Shown: piece by piece, positions 11,645-22,626 of the stretch | How the letters are laid out: every line of letters begins with the position of its first letter | Position numbering within the stretch: position 1 is the stretch's first letter | Assembly (NCBI GenBank): GCA_016864895.1 | Contig: CP046107.1 | Span: 997,741 to 1,061,740, forward strand | Source: Neisseriaceae bacterium | GTDB taxonomy: Bacteria > Pseudomonadota > Gammaproteobacteria > Burkholderiales > Neisseriaceae | DNA length: 64,000 bases | Direction of reading: 5' to 3' | Notes under the pieces: generated by a model | Databases searched by the model: none | What the model saw: the letters and a program-made list of their open reading frames with translations, nothing else | What the model was told of the DNA's origin: nothing | Program-made: the position numbers and the translations under genes

Positions 11645-14311
11645 ATGAGCACGAATAATTCATTTAATACTTTGTCTACGTTAACAGTTAAAGATAAAAA
11701 ATATAATTACCACTCTTTGAAAAAGGCAGAAGAAACATTAGGTGATTTGTCTCAATTGCCAAAATCTATGAAAGTTTTATTAGAAAATCTTTTGAGATTT
11801 GAGGATGGAAAAACAGTTACTAGGCGAGATATTGAAGCTATTGGAGATTGGTTGAAACATAAAAAATCAGGCCATGAGATACAGTATCGACCTGTTCGTG
11901 TTTTGATGCAAGATTTTACAGGTGTTCCTGCAGTTGTTGATTTAGCAGCGATGAGAGATGCTATGGCAAAAGCAGGTTGTGATCCTAAAAAAGTGAATCC
12001 ACTTTGTCATGTTGATTTAGTGATTGATCATTCTGTTATGATTGATTATTTTGGAACACCTCATTCATTTGAACAAAACGTAGCTATGGAAATGAGCAGA
12101 AATGTTGAGCGTTATGAATTTTTGAAGTGGGGACAAAGGGCTTTTGCCAATTTTAGTGTTGTCCCACCGGGCACAGGCATTTGTCACCAAGTTAATTTAG
12201 AATATTTATCAGAAGTCACTTGGACAAATGAAAAAGATGGAGAATATTGGGTTTTTCCCGATACAGTTGTTGGAACGGATTCTCACACACCTATGGTGAA
12301 TGGTTTATCAGTTTTAGCATGGGGCGTTGGTGGTATTGAAGCTGAAGCAGCATTGTTGGGGCAGCCTATTTCAATGACCTTACCAGAGGTAGTAGGTGTC
12401 AGGTTAAGAGGTCATTTAAGAGAAGGAATTACTGCAACTGACTTAGTCCTGACAATTACTGAGATATTAAGAAAATATGGTGTTGTAGGTAAATTTGTTG
12501 AGTATTTTGGTGAGGGTTTAGCCGATCTGTCATTAGCAGACCGTGCCACTATTTCTAATATGTCACCTGAATATGGTGCAACTGTTGGTTTTTTCCCTAT
12601 TGATGAAGTTACCTTGAACTATATGCGTTTGACAGGACGTGATGAAGAAGTTATCTTAAGAACTGAGATATATGCTAAAGAGCAAGGTTTATGGCAAGAA
12701 AAAGGTCAGGAACCTGTTTTTACTGATGTTCTAGAAATAGACTTGAGTGCAGTAGAAACTAGCTTAGCTGGGCCTAAACGTCCGCAAGATAGAGTTGTCA
12801 TTGGTGACCTGAGAAATGCTTTTGATATGAATGCTAATCAGTTGGGTGATAATTTAGATAAAAGCATTAGCTTAATACTAGATGGACAACAATACCAGTT
12901 AAAACAAGGTGATGTTGTTTTGGCTGCTATTACTTCTTGTACTAATACTTCTAATCCTAGTGTAATGATGGCAGCTGGTTTGGTGGCCAAAAAAGCGGTA
13001 GAATTAGGTATTACTCGTAAACCTTGGGTGAAAACTTCTTTAGCACCTGGTTCTAAGGTAGTAACAGCTTATTTAAATGAGTCAGGTTTGTCAAAATTCT
13101 TAGAGCAAATAGGTTTTAATTTAACCGGTTATGGTTGTACAGCTTGTATTGGTAATTCTGGTCCATTAATTCCTGAAGTAGCAAAAGCGATTGATGAATC
13201 AGGTTTAAATGTTTCTGGTGTATTGTCTGGTAACCGAAATTTTGAGGGAAGGATTCACCCGAAAATTAAATCTAATTGGTTAGCTTCCCCACCTCTAGTG
13301 GTTGCTTTTGCCTTAGCGGGTACAACACGTATTAATTTATTTAGTGACCCTTTAGCGAAAGATAAAAATGGCAATGATGTGTTCTTAAAAGACATATGGC
13401 CAAGTAACTATGAAATTGCACAAGCTGTGTCCATGGTAAACGGTACTATGTTTACAAAAAGCTATACAGCATTATTCGATGGAGACGAAAATTGGCAAGC
13501 TATAAGAGTAGAAGCTAGTAAAACCTATGAATGGAATCAAGACTCTACTTATATTCGTCATCCTCCTTATTTTGAGGCAATTGATCAACCGTTACCGGTA
13601 TTAAAGCCAATAGAAAACGCCTACGTCTTGGCTTACTTTGGCGATTCCATTACCACAGATCATATTTCTCCTGCGGGTAATATTGCACCAGATTCACCTG
13701 CGGGTCAATATTTGCAAGAATACGGTGTAATGCCTAAGGATTTTAATTCTTATGGTTCGCGTCGAGGTAATCACGAAGTAATGATGAGAGGTACGTTTGC
13801 GAATATTCGTATTCGTAATAAGTTAGTGCCTGGTATTGAGGGAGGTTATACCATACATATCCCAACTGGTGAGCAATTAACCATTTATGATACTGCGATG
13901 AAGTATAAGGAGGCAGGTATTCCAAGTATTATTTTATCCGGTAAAGAATACGGTAGTGGTTCTAGCCGAGATTGGGCAGCAAAAGGTCCAAACTTGCAAG
14001 GTGTTAAAGCTGTCATAGCTGAAAGTTTTGAGCGTATTCACCGTTCTAACTTAATTGGTATGGGTATTTTGGCTTTACAATATAAAAATGGTGAAAATGC
14101 GGAAAATCTTGGGTTAACGGGTAAAGAATCTTTTACTATCCATTTGTATGACAATGTTAAACCACATCAAGATATTAAAGTTGTTGCTAAAAGAGAAGAT
14201 GGTTCTGAAATAGAATTTATGGTCATATGTCGCATCGATACAGTTAATGAGGTTGATTATTTTAAAGCTGGTGGTATCTTACACTACGTTTTGAGAGAGA
14301 TGATTAAATAA
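11645..14311 (+). CDS. acnA: Aconitate hydratase A
   Basis: About 888 aa from ATG 11645 (RBS AAGAGGG; the listed TTG at 11603 is less likely). Fe-S ligand contexts ITSCTNTSNP and GCTACIGNSGP. Confidence 0.95.
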   Translation: MSTNNSFNTLSTLTVKDKKYNYHSLKKAEETLGDLSQLPKSMKVLLENLLRFEDGKTVTRRDIEAIGDWLKHKKSGHEIQYRPVRVLMQDFTGVPAVVDLAAMRDAMAKAGCDPKKVNPLCHVDLVIDHSVMIDYFGTPHSFEQNVAMEMSRNVERYEFLKWGQRAFANFSVVPPGTGICHQVNLEYLSEVTWTNEKDGEYWVFPDTVVGTDSHTPMVNGLSVLAWGVGGIEAEAALLGQPISMTLPEVVGVRLRGHLREGITATDLVLTITEILRKYGVVGKFVEYFGEGLADLSLADRATISNMSPEYGATVGFFPIDEVTLNYMRLTGRDEEVILRTEIYAKEQGLWQEKGQEPVFTDVLEIDLSAVETSLAGPKRPQDRVVIGDLRNAFDMNANQLGDNLDKSISLILDGQQYQLKQGDVVLAAITSCTNTSNPSVMMAAGLVAKKAVELGITRKPWVKTSLAPGSKVVTAYLNESGLSKFLEQIGFNLTGYGCTACIGNSGPLIPEVAKAIDESGLNVSGVLSGNRNFEGRIHPKIKSNWLASPPLVVAFALAGTTRINLFSDPLAKDKNGNDVFLKDIWPSNYEIAQAVSMVNGTMFTKSYTALFDGDENWQAIRVEASKTYEWNQDSTYIRHPPYFEAIDQPLPVLKPIENAYVLAYFGDSITTDHISPAGNIAPDSPAGQYLQEYGVMPKDFNSYGSRRGNHEVMMRGTFANIRIRNKLVPGIEGGYTIHIPTGEQLTIYDTAMKYKEAGIPSIILSGKEYGSGSSRDWAAKGPNLQGVKAVIAESFERIHRSNLIGMGILALQYKNGENAENLGLTGKESFTIHLYDNVKPHQDIKVVAKREDGSEIEFMVICRIDTVNEVDYFKAGGILHYVLREMIK

Positions 14312-14989
14312 TAAAGACTCCTTGAGGTACAAAAATGATGATGCCCCTATGATGAGACAAAATCAAAAATTAATATATTTTTCAAAGTGTGATGTATTCC
14401 TCGTTTTAAAGTAATGGGAGATCTTGTTATGTTTGGCGACTGTGCTAATTTACTTTAATGGATTTTTTTTGTTTAATCGTCTATTTTATAGCCCAATTTA
14501 AAACTATTAGCTTCATATAAGCTAAATCATGATTAAATACACAAAATCAAAATTATTTCATTGTGTGGATATATATGATATGCATCATTAGGTCAAAAAG
14601 GCTGTCATCTGATCAAATAAATATTTAAATACAAGTTAAAATGGGAAAAGTGATTTCTAAAAGAATTTTGAGCTTTTATTTTGGTAGTGGTTATTTTTAT
14701 TAGTAGGTTTAGATAGTTTTAAAATCTGTGGACACAGCAATTTGATTAAATTTATGAGTTAATCTCTTAATACCTGATGTATCAGTTGTTATTGTCTTTA
14801 TTGATTTTATTATTTTAAATTAGTTGACGGTTCTGATTTTAGTTGTTAATTATGTTATATAATGGTGTTTCTTGTAAGCGAGACAGTTTTGCTCTAGCTA
14901 GATCTTTATTATTTAATTAAGGAGGGTACATCGATTATTAAATGCGTGATGAAGGATAAAGATACGAAAACTAGAAGAAAGGGAAAATA

Positions 14990-16207
14990 ATGGCAGTAAA
15001 TCTTAATACCAAAACGGCTGATGAGCTTTATGATATTAAAGGAACTCAATTATATGTTGGTCAAGCAGGCGTAAAAAAAAGTAATCATAATGATTTAACT
15101 TTATTTGTTTTATCTCCTGAGACCAAAGTCTCCGCGGTATTTACTAAAAACAAATTTAGTGCAGCGCCAGTTCAGATTTGTCAACAACACTTAAAGACTA
15201 AAAATAATATTCGAGCATTGGTGATTAATACTGGTAATGCCAATGCAGGAACAGGACAGGCAGGAAGAGATAATGCTTTAAGAATATGTAAAAAAGTATC
15301 TGAAAAAATAAATTGTGATATTAGTCAGGTGCTTCCATTTTCAACTGGCGTTATCATGGAACCATTGCCTGTAGATAAAATCATATCAGCTTTAGATAAT
15401 GTTAAAAAAAGTTATTGGGATGTTGTGGCTTTAGCAATTATGACCACTGATACTATGCCTAAAGCTTGTTCAAAACGTATTGAATTACAAGGGAACCCTA
15501 TTCATATTACAGGTGTTGCCAAAGGATCTGGGATGATTTGTCCGAATATGGCAACTTTACTTTCCTTTGTTGCGACTGATGCAAAAGTATCTCAACCAGT
15601 GTTAGATGATTTGATTAGAGAGGTGGTTGAAGAAAGTTTTAATTCGATTACTGTTGATGGTGATACAAGTACTAACGATAGTTTCGTCTTAATGGCGACT
15701 GGCGAAGCTGATGGTAAAATAATTGAAGATATTAACAGTGTTGACTATGTGCAATTCAAATTAGCTTTACAAGAAGTTGTCACTGAACTAGCTAAATCTA
15801 TCATTAGAGATGGTGAGGGAGCAACTAAATTTATCACCATTCAAGTGAATGGCGCTAATACTCGTCAAGAGGCAAGGAAGGTAGGTTATAGTATTGCTAA
15901 TTCTCCGTTGGTGAAGACAGCTTTTTTTGCTTCTGATGCTAACTTGGGTCGTATTTTGTGTGCAATTGGTAATTCTGGAATTGAAGACTTGGATGTGAGC
16001 CAAGTTGAACTATTTTTAGATGATATTCTGGTTTCTGAAAACGGCGGTGTTGTTAGTCATTATAAGGAAGAATATGGTCAAAAGATTATGGCTAAACCTG
16101 AAATCACCATTCAAGTTGAATTGAATAGAGGGCAAGAAAAAGCTACGGTATATACTTGTGACTTGTCCCATGATTATGTGACAATTAATGCCGAGTATCG
16201 CACCTAA
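14990..16207 (+). CDS. argJ: Bifunctional ornithine acetyltransferase / N-acetylglutamate synthase
   Basis: 405 aa. Autoprocessing site context NMATLLSFVATDA. TTDTMPK block. Confidence 0.93.
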   Translation: MAVNLNTKTADELYDIKGTQLYVGQAGVKKSNHNDLTLFVLSPETKVSAVFTKNKFSAAPVQICQQHLKTKNNIRALVINTGNANAGTGQAGRDNALRICKKVSEKINCDISQVLPFSTGVIMEPLPVDKIISALDNVKKSYWDVVALAIMTTDTMPKACSKRIELQGNPIHITGVAKGSGMICPNMATLLSFVATDAKVSQPVLDDLIREVVEESFNSITVDGDTSTNDSFVLMATGEADGKIIEDINSVDYVQFKLALQEVVTELAKSIIRDGEGATKFITIQVNGANTRQEARKVGYSIANSPLVKTAFFASDANLGRILCAIGNSGIEDLDVSQVELFLDDILVSENGGVVSHYKEEYGQKIMAKPEITIQVELNRGQEKATVYTCDLSHDYVTINAEYRT

Positions 16208-16208
16208 A

Positions 16209-16943
16209 TTAAAACTTATCGCCTTTGTGTAATGCAGCAATGCCAGCAGTCAAATTGTTGTAATCTACTCTATCAAAACCTGCACTTAATATCATTTCCT
16301 TAAGTGTCTCTTGATCTGGGTGCATGCGAATAGATTCAACTAGGTATTGGTAACTATCAGCATCATTAGCGATCAGTCTACCAAATTTAGGTAAGAAATT
16401 GAAGGAATAAAAATCATAAGGTTTACTTAGAGGTTGGTAAACCTTAGAGAATTCTAATACTAATAACTGACCACCTGGTTTCAAAACTCGGTACATTTCT
16501 TTTAAGGCGATGTCTTTATGTGTCATATTTCTCAAGCCAAATGCAACAGACACTAAGTCAAAATAATTGTCAGAGAATGGTAATTTTTCAGCATCACATA
16601 CAGCGACAGGGATAATATGTCCTTTATTTAGCAGACGATCACGCCCTACAGTAAGCATAGAGGAATTGATATCAGTTAACCAAACTTCACCTGTCTTACC
16701 TACTCTCTTTAACCACCCACTTGCCAAGTCTCCTGTCCCTCCAGCAATATCTAAGACCTTATTTCCTTTATGAATACGTGCTGTTGTTAAGGTAAATTGT
16801 TTCCAAATTCGGTGAATACCCATAGACATTATATCGTTCATGATGTCATATTTTTTAGCAACAGAATGAAAAACTTTTGCCACTTTTTCAGATTTTTGAG
16901 ATTCATCTACTTGTTGGTAACCAAAATGTGTTTTTTTGGACAT
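16209..16943 (-). CDS. ubiE: Ubiquinone/menaquinone biosynthesis C-methyltransferase
   Basis: 244 aa. N-terminus THFGYQQV...[25 protein letters not shown] is close to E. coli UbiE. SAM motif [11 protein letters not shown]. Confidence 0.93.
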   Translation of the reverse strand: MSKKTHFGYQQVDESQKSEKVAKVFHSVAKKYDIMNDIMSMGIHRIWKQFTLTTARIHKGNKVLDIAGGTGDLASGWLKRVGKTGEVWLTDINSSMLTVGRDRLLNKGHIIPVAVCDAEKLPFSDNYFDLVSVAFGLRNMTHKDIALKEMYRVLKPGGQLLVLEFSKVYQPLSKPYDFYSFNFLPKFGRLIANDADSYQYLVESIRMHPDQETLKEMILSAGFDRVDYNNLTAGIAALHKGDKF

Positions 16944-17200
16944 ATTTAATTCTCTTTAAATTAATAATAATTGTAATACACAAAAAAGCCAGCAAAATCA
17001 TGTAGGATATATTAATGATATATGCACAATTAAGTTTAAAAATGCAGGGCATATGCCACCTTTTGGTATTCTACTCTTTTCATTTTACCAGAAATTAAAA
17101 CAAGCAAGCTATACAATAGTCCAATGGATTTACAGATATACTGTCTATGCTTATATATGATTATTGCCAATTATTATTAAAGTTCAATAAAAAATCGTTA

Positions 17201-18308
17201 TTAGACTCCTTGTTTTAAACTAGCTTGAATAAAATCATCTAAATGACCATTCATGACTGCTTTAATGTTCCCAACTTCATAGCCTGTACGCAAATCTTTA
17301 ATTCTTGATTGGTCAAATACATAAGAGCGGATTTGATTACCCCAACCTATCTCAGATTTACTGTCTTCTAATGCTTGTTTATTTTCATTGTGTTTACGCA
17401 TTTCTAATTCATATAATTTAGATTTTAGCATTTGCATTGCCTCTTCTTTATTGCGATGTTGTGAACGGTCATTTTGACATTGGACTATAATCCCACTTGG
17501 GATGTGTGTAATGCGTACTGCAGAATCAGTTTTATTAATATGTTGCCCCCCTGCGCCCGAGGCACGATACGTGTCTATTTTCAAATCAGAAGGGTTAATT
17601 GAAATGTCAATACTATCATCAACTTCTGGATAGACAAATACAGAAGCAAAAGACGTATGTCGCTTATTAGATGAGTCAAAAGGAGAGCAACGTACCAAAC
17701 GATGAATACCTGTTTCTGTTCTCAATAACCCATAGGCATAATCACCTTCCAGTTTCAGGGAAGCACGATTAATACCCGCAATATCACCCGTATTTTCTTC
17801 TAATACTTCGACTCTAAAACCTTTGTGTTCAGCGTATCGGATATACATACGCAATAGCATGCCAGCCCAATCTTCGGCTTCTGTACCTCCTGCTCCCGCA
17901 ACAATGTCAATGAAGCAGTTATTGCCATCTGCTTCTTGATTAAACATCCGTTTAAACTCAAGATCAGCTAGTTTATTTTCGGCGTTATTAACATCTTGGA
18001 TAATTTCATTAAAGGCACTGTAATCATTTTCTTCTATTGCAATTTCTAGTAAGAGTACAGCATCTCCTATTTGTGAGTTAATAGAATCAATAGCATCTAC
18101 GATATTTTCTAGAGATTTTTTTTCTTTATTTATCCTTTGGACTTGTGAAATATCATTCCAGGTATCTGGATCTTCTAATAATAAACAAATTTCTTCTAGT
18201 TTTTGTTTTTTTTCCTCGTAGTCAAAGATACCCCCTGATATTCTCAGTGCGGTATTTTATGTCATTAATATGCTGATTTAATTCATTTATCTTTTCTGAC
18301 TCGATCAT
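17201..18308 (-). CDS. prfB: Peptide chain release factor 2 (two frames joined by a programmed +1 frameshift)
   Basis: ORF0 [32 protein letters not shown] (18308-18222) continues in the +1 frame as [11 protein letters not shown]... SPF (RCSPFDS) and GGQ ([10 protein letters not shown]) motifs are present. Confidence 0.93.
18221..18238 (-). promoter_or_regulatory. prfB +1 frameshift cassette: SD-like AGGGGG, then TAT CTT TGA C
   Basis: The minus strand reads ATCAGGGGGTATCTTTGAC, the same core as the E. coli prfB recoding site. Confidence 0.85.
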
Positions 18309-18359
18309 AATAACCTATGTTGTTGTATTACTGTAAAAATTTATATTGATAAAAATAGT

Positions 18360-18938
18360 TTATTTTGTTAAATACTTTAGGGCTAGTTTCACAGATTCAC
18401 CAAGATTCAATTGTGGTTCAATATTTTTAATAGCATTCTTTGCTTCTCTTTGATTATAACCTAATGCGAGCAACGTTTGAATAATATCTTCAGTATTATC
18501 CTGATAAATTTCTGAGGTACAATTATCGTTTTTAGAAAATAATAATTTATCTGTTAGTTCTAAAATTAAACGCTCAGCTGTTTTTTTACCAATACCAGGC
18601 ACAGAAGATAAACGGGTAGTATTTTTATTTTTAATGGCTAGAGTAAGCTCATTAATTTCTAATACTGACAAAATAGCTAATGCGCTTTTGACACCTACAC
18701 CATTGACCTTGATTAACTGTTTAAATGTTTCTTTTTCCTGAGGAGTATAGAAACCGAATAATTGTTGTGAATCTTCACGATAATGGGTTTGAATATATAA
18801 ACCAACTTTATGATTAGTTTCGGGTAAGTGATAAAAGGTTTGCATAGATACTTCTATTTCAAAACCAATACCATGTACATCAACCACAATGAAAGGTGGA
18901 TTTTTTTCAATGATAACGCCAGTGAGGCGGCTAATCAT
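18360..18938 (-). CDS. ruvA: Holliday junction DNA helicase subunit RuvA
   Basis: 192 aa. MISRLTGVIIEKNPPFIVVDVHGIGFEIEVS and HhH motifs (VNGVGVKSALAIL, VPGIGKKTAERL). Confidence 0.93.
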   Translation of the reverse strand: MISRLTGVIIEKNPPFIVVDVHGIGFEIEVSMQTFYHLPETNHKVGLYIQTHYREDSQQLFGFYTPQEKETFKQLIKVNGVGVKSALAILSVLEINELTLAIKNKNTTRLSSVPGIGKKTAERLILELTDKLLFSKNDNCTSEIYQDNTEDIIQTLLALGYNQREAKNAIKNIEPQLNLGESVKLALKYLTK

Positions 18939-19450
18939 AATACTTCCTTCTTATTAAGATAAAAAAATTTTCTAGTTGAGCTAACTCTGTTGAGTGAGTG
19001 AGTAAAAGCAACAGCGATAGCATCAGCAGCATCTGGGGTAGGTGTTGCTGATAACTTTAACATATTAACTAGCATATGTTGCACCTGTTTTTTTGATGCT
19101 TTGCCATTACCTACAACTGCTTTTTTAACTTGTAGTGCTGTATATTCATAAATAGGTATTTTTTTTAATGATACAGCAGCTAGTATTCCCCCTCTAGCCT
19201 GTCCTAGAATTAGGCTAGTAGCAGAATTGATATTAATAAATATTTGTTCGATAGCTACTTCATCTGGGTGGTAGGTATCTATTATTTCTTGTATGGAAGT
19301 GGCCAAGGTATTGATTTTAAGAGGTAAACTATTTTTAGGGTTTGTTTTAATAACACCTGATACAATGTAAGAATAATCATTGTATCTAGAAATATCAATA
19401 ATACCAAAACCTGTATAGCGACTACCTGGGTCGATACCCAATATTCTCAT
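18935..19450 (-). CDS. ruvC: Holliday junction resolvase RuvC
   Basis: 171 aa. MRILGIDPGSRYTGFGII. 4-nt overlap with ruvA. Confidence 0.93.
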   Translation of the reverse strand: MRILGIDPGSRYTGFGIIDISRYNDYSYIVSGVIKTNPKNSLPLKINTLATSIQEIIDTYHPDEVAIEQIFININSATSLILGQARGGILAAVSLKKIPIYEYTALQVKKAVVGNGKASKKQVQHMLVNMLKLSATPTPDAADAIAVAFTHSLNRVSSTRKFFYLNKKEVL

Positions 19451-19461
19451 TAATTTAAACC

Positions 19462-20292
19462 TTATTTTCGTTTGATTTCTTCTAGGACTTGTACATAAAT
19501 CAACATAGTGAAAATAAATGTCCCACCAATAATATTACCCAGACTAGTCGGAAATAAAAAACGAACAAAATAATCATATAAATTAGCATTTCCTTGCATC
19601 ACCCAATAGGCCACTTCGGCAGAACCTACGACTACATGTGTGAAGTCACCTAGAGCAATTAAATAGGTAATAAACATAACTAATAAAAATGCATAATTTT
19701 TAGAGGTAGGTAACATCCAAACTAAAGAAGCGATTAAAACACCTGAAGGAATACCACGCCAAATATTCTCCCATGCACCAGTAGATGTGACATGTTGAGC
19801 AATGTTATTGAGTTCATTGACAATGATAGGGTCAAAAACATTACAATTCTGCAAAAAAAGAGCTGCTAATGCAGTACCAATCAAATTGGAACATAAGACA
19901 ATACTCCAAAGATTTATGACAGATAAAACTTTTTTTAGTGTAAGGGGATTGAATAGAGGAACCACAGTTGTAATTGTATTTTCAGTAAAGAGTTGCATAT
20001 GCCCTAATACAACAATGATAAACCCAACTGAATAACCCAGATTAGAAATAATTGGAGACCAACTCGCATCGGGTAAATAAGTAGTAAAAACCGCTTTAAA
20101 AACAAAAGAAAAAGTAATTAGGATTCCCGCCGCTATACCTGAAAAAATTAGTGATGCTTTAGGTCTAACTAATTCCTCTAGACCGTTTCTTCGAATAATT
20201 TCATAGACTAAGCGAGGAGAAAGTTTTTCGTGTTCTTCAACTACCATTTTTTCGCGATAAGAAAAGCTTGATATATCGTTTTTAGTTGTCAT
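19462..20292 (-). CDS. Formate/nitrite transporter (FNT) family membrane protein (YfdC-like)
   Basis: 276 aa, about 6 TM segments. FNT-like blocks GHMQLFTENT and THVVVGSAE. Confidence 0.65.
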   Translation of the reverse strand: MTTKNDISSFSYREKMVVEEHEKLSPRLVYEIIRRNGLEELVRPKASLIFSGIAAGILITFSFVFKAVFTTYLPDASWSPIISNLGYSVGFIIVVLGHMQLFTENTITTVVPLFNPLTLKKVLSVINLWSIVLCSNLIGTALAALFLQNCNVFDPIIVNELNNIAQHVTSTGAWENIWRGIPSGVLIASLVWMLPTSKNYAFLLVMFITYLIALGDFTHVVVGSAEVAYWVMQGNANLYDYFVRFLFPTSLGNIIGGTFIFTMLIYVQVLEEIKRK

Positions 20293-20368
20293 AGGTTACC
20301 CTTGTTTGAAATTTAGGAAAAACTTTTTGATTATAGCCACAGGATATTTTAACAAATTTATGTATTTT

Positions 20369-21103
20369 TCACTGTTTATTATACAGTGGACCAACACCTT
20401 CAATTTCTTTTTGAGCAGACTGAACAGTTTTTTGAATTAGTTCTGTGAGTTCACGTGGATCTTCTTTTGCGTTCCATGCAATAGGTTTACCAATAATAAA
20501 AGTTGCCTTCCCTGGATATTTTTTAAGACCCTTAGAATAAAACTCTCCACAATTATGGGCAATAGGTAATAGGTCTAACTTTAAATCTTTGGCTAGATGA
20601 GCCGCACCACGTTTATAAGCAACATATTTTCCTGGTTGAATTCTGGTGCCCTCTGGGAAAATACTAATTCCTAATCCATCTTCCACTTTTTCTTTGGCTA
20701 TCTTTAGCATATTTTTTCTTGAATTAGGATCACCTCTTTTGATAGGAATTTGATTAGTCAAATAAAGACCAAATCCCAAAAGAGGAATAGATAATAATTC
20801 TTGCTTTAAAATATACACAGAAATAGGAGAAAATGAATAAATAGCAGATGTTTCCATTCCTGATTGATGATTGGCAACAGTAATATATACTCGATCTTTA
20901 GGAATATTTTCCATTCCTTTTACCTCAAAAGAAAGACCTACTATCTTTTTTAGACCCCATAATGCTGTTCTTGACCAATAAACAGCTATTCTGTTTGGCG
21001 TTGTTTTATCCATAAAAGGTATAAATAGGATACAAGCCACAAGATAGACGAACATAGTCAGTGGAAGATAAACTAAAAATAATATGGAGCGTAATAAAAT
21101 CAT
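20369..21103 (-). CDS. plsC: 1-acyl-sn-glycerol-3-phosphate acyltransferase
   Basis: 244 aa. Acyltransferase blocks NHQSGMET (HX4E variant of HX4D) and FPEGTR. N-terminal TM segment. Confidence 0.8.
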   Translation of the reverse strand: MILLRSILFLVYLPLTMFVYLVACILFIPFMDKTTPNRIAVYWSRTALWGLKKIVGLSFEVKGMENIPKDRVYITVANHQSGMETSAIYSFSPISVYILKQELLSIPLLGFGLYLTNQIPIKRGDPNSRKNMLKIAKEKVEDGLGISIFPEGTRIQPGKYVAYKRGAAHLAKDLKLDLLPIAHNCGEFYSKGLKKYPGKATFIIGKPIAWNAKEDPRELTELIQKTVQSAQKEIEGVGPLYNKQ

Positions 21104-21263
21104 CTTAAAGTACCTTGAAATTTTAACAAATTTTAATAATACAGCTATCCTATCAAGCTAATGTACGAATAAACGTTAATGATTGTTCATTAGAAGTTTA
21201 TTAAGTTTAGTCAAAAACAAATAGTCAAGAAATTTGAAACCAATATAGTTTGCATTATTTTTT

Positions 21264-22019
21264 TTAATTGATTATGTCTTGGTCGTTTTGTTTTTTAGGC
21301 CCCAAAGGACCCTCTCCGGTAATTTTTAATTGTTGAGATTCAATCCATTCCTCACATTGGTGCATCATTTCTTTAGCATCACCTATTTTATAAGAAATAG
21401 GTTTCCCAATAATAAATTTAGCCGTTCCCGGGTATTTAACTAACCCTTTGGACCAAAATTCACCACTATTGGTTGCAATAGGTAAAATATTCATTTTCAA
21501 TGCTTGAGCCATATTGGCAGCACCGTAGCGATATTTACCCTTTCTCCCTGGTGGAACTCTTGTCCCTTCTGGAAATATGTTAATCCAAAAACCATCTTTT
21601 TTTCTTTTATGTGCTGTTTTAATTAACTGTTCCCTAGTCTTAGGGTTTTTCTTATCACGATCAATAGGAATAGAATTCATAATGTATAAGCTAATACCTA
21701 GGATGGGAAACCATAATAGCTCTTTTTTCATAATAAAAACTTGACTAGGCAGAAATCTTTGTAAAGCAAGTGTTTCATATCCAGATTGATGTTTACAGCA
21801 AATAATAGTAGGCTCATCAGGAACATTTTCCAACCCATGTACTTCGTATCTTAGACCTATTATTTTATCAATTAAAAACACGAATGTTGTATTCCAAAAG
21901 GCACCAACATTATGACGCTGTCTACGTGGTAAAACGGCAGAAAAAAGAATAGGAATAAACCATATGATGGTAAAAGGAGTAAAAACTAACCATAAAAGAA
22001 GGCTTCTTATTATTGCCAT
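21264..22019 (-). CDS. Second lysophospholipid acyltransferase paralogue (PlsC family)
   Basis: Blocks KHQSGYET and FPEGTR. Collinear with the neighbouring plsC. Start taken at MAIIRSLLLW (22019); the ORF is open to 22067. Confidence 0.75.
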   Translation of the reverse strand: MAIIRSLLLWLVFTPFTIIWFIPILFSAVLPRRQRHNVGAFWNTTFVFLIDKIIGLRYEVHGLENVPDEPTIICCKHQSGYETLALQRFLPSQVFIMKKELLWFPILGISLYIMNSIPIDRDKKNPKTREQLIKTAHKRKKDGFWINIFPEGTRVPPGRKGKYRYGAANMAQALKMNILPIATNSGEFWSKGLVKYPGTAKFIIGKPISYKIGDAKEMMHQCEEWIESQQLKITGEGPLGPKKQNDQDIIN

Positions 22020-22077
22020 ATCTATCTCACTTTTGTTTCGTTGCACTATAAAGACATTTTTTTCCAAATTTTATACT

Positions 22078-22626
22078 CTAATTGCATGATTTATTCAAGC
22101 AAATATCTTGGGCAAAGGACCATAAGTCATTATAAACCATTGTTTTTTCAGGTATTTTTTGCTCATAGAGTGTTTTCTTTCCTTTTCCTGTCAGTACCAG
22201 TATTGGAATCCCACCTGCTTCATGAATGCATTGCAAATCTCTTAGACTGTCACCAACCATATAGGTTTCACTTGCTGCGATATTTAACCTTTGCAGTATA
22301 TCATCAATTAAACCAGTTTTAGGTTTTCGGCATTGACAGTTATCCTGCTCTGAATGAGGACAAAACCATATTCCTTCTATTTCCCCCCCTGCATTTTTGA
22401 TGTGTTTTAACATTTTACTGTGAATTTGATTCAAGTCATTGATAGTAAATAGTTTTCTTGATATACCTGACTGATTAGTGGCAATAGCAACAAGGTAATT
22501 GTATTGATTAAAAAAAGCAATTGCATCTGCACTATTAGGGATGGGGATCCATTCATCTGGATTTTTAATAAATTCATCACTGTCATGATTAATGACACCG
22601 TCTCTATCAAGGATAACTAGTTTCAT
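22078..22626 (-). CDS. gmhB: D-glycero-beta-D-manno-heptose-1,7-bisphosphate 7-phosphatase
   Basis: HAD motif LDRDGVIN. GmhB zinc-loop context CPHSEQDNCQCRKP. The start ATG overlaps the upstream gene's stop (ATGA). Confidence 0.8.
   Translation of the reverse strand: MKLVILDRDGVINHDSDEFIKNPDEWIPIPNSADAIAFFNQYNYLVAIATNQSGISRKLFTINDLNQIHSKMLKHIKNAGGEIEGIWFCPHSEQDNCQCRKPKTGLIDDILQRLNIAASETYMVGDSLRDLQCIHEAGGIPILVLTGKGKKTLYEQKIPEKTMVYNDLWSFAQDICLNKSCN

Noticed and set aside
14824-14866. TTGACG ... TATAAT pair upstream of argJ as a sigma-70 promoter.
   Set aside because: The spacer is about 28 nt, far from the 16-18 nt optimum. It may be coincidental in AT-rich DNA.
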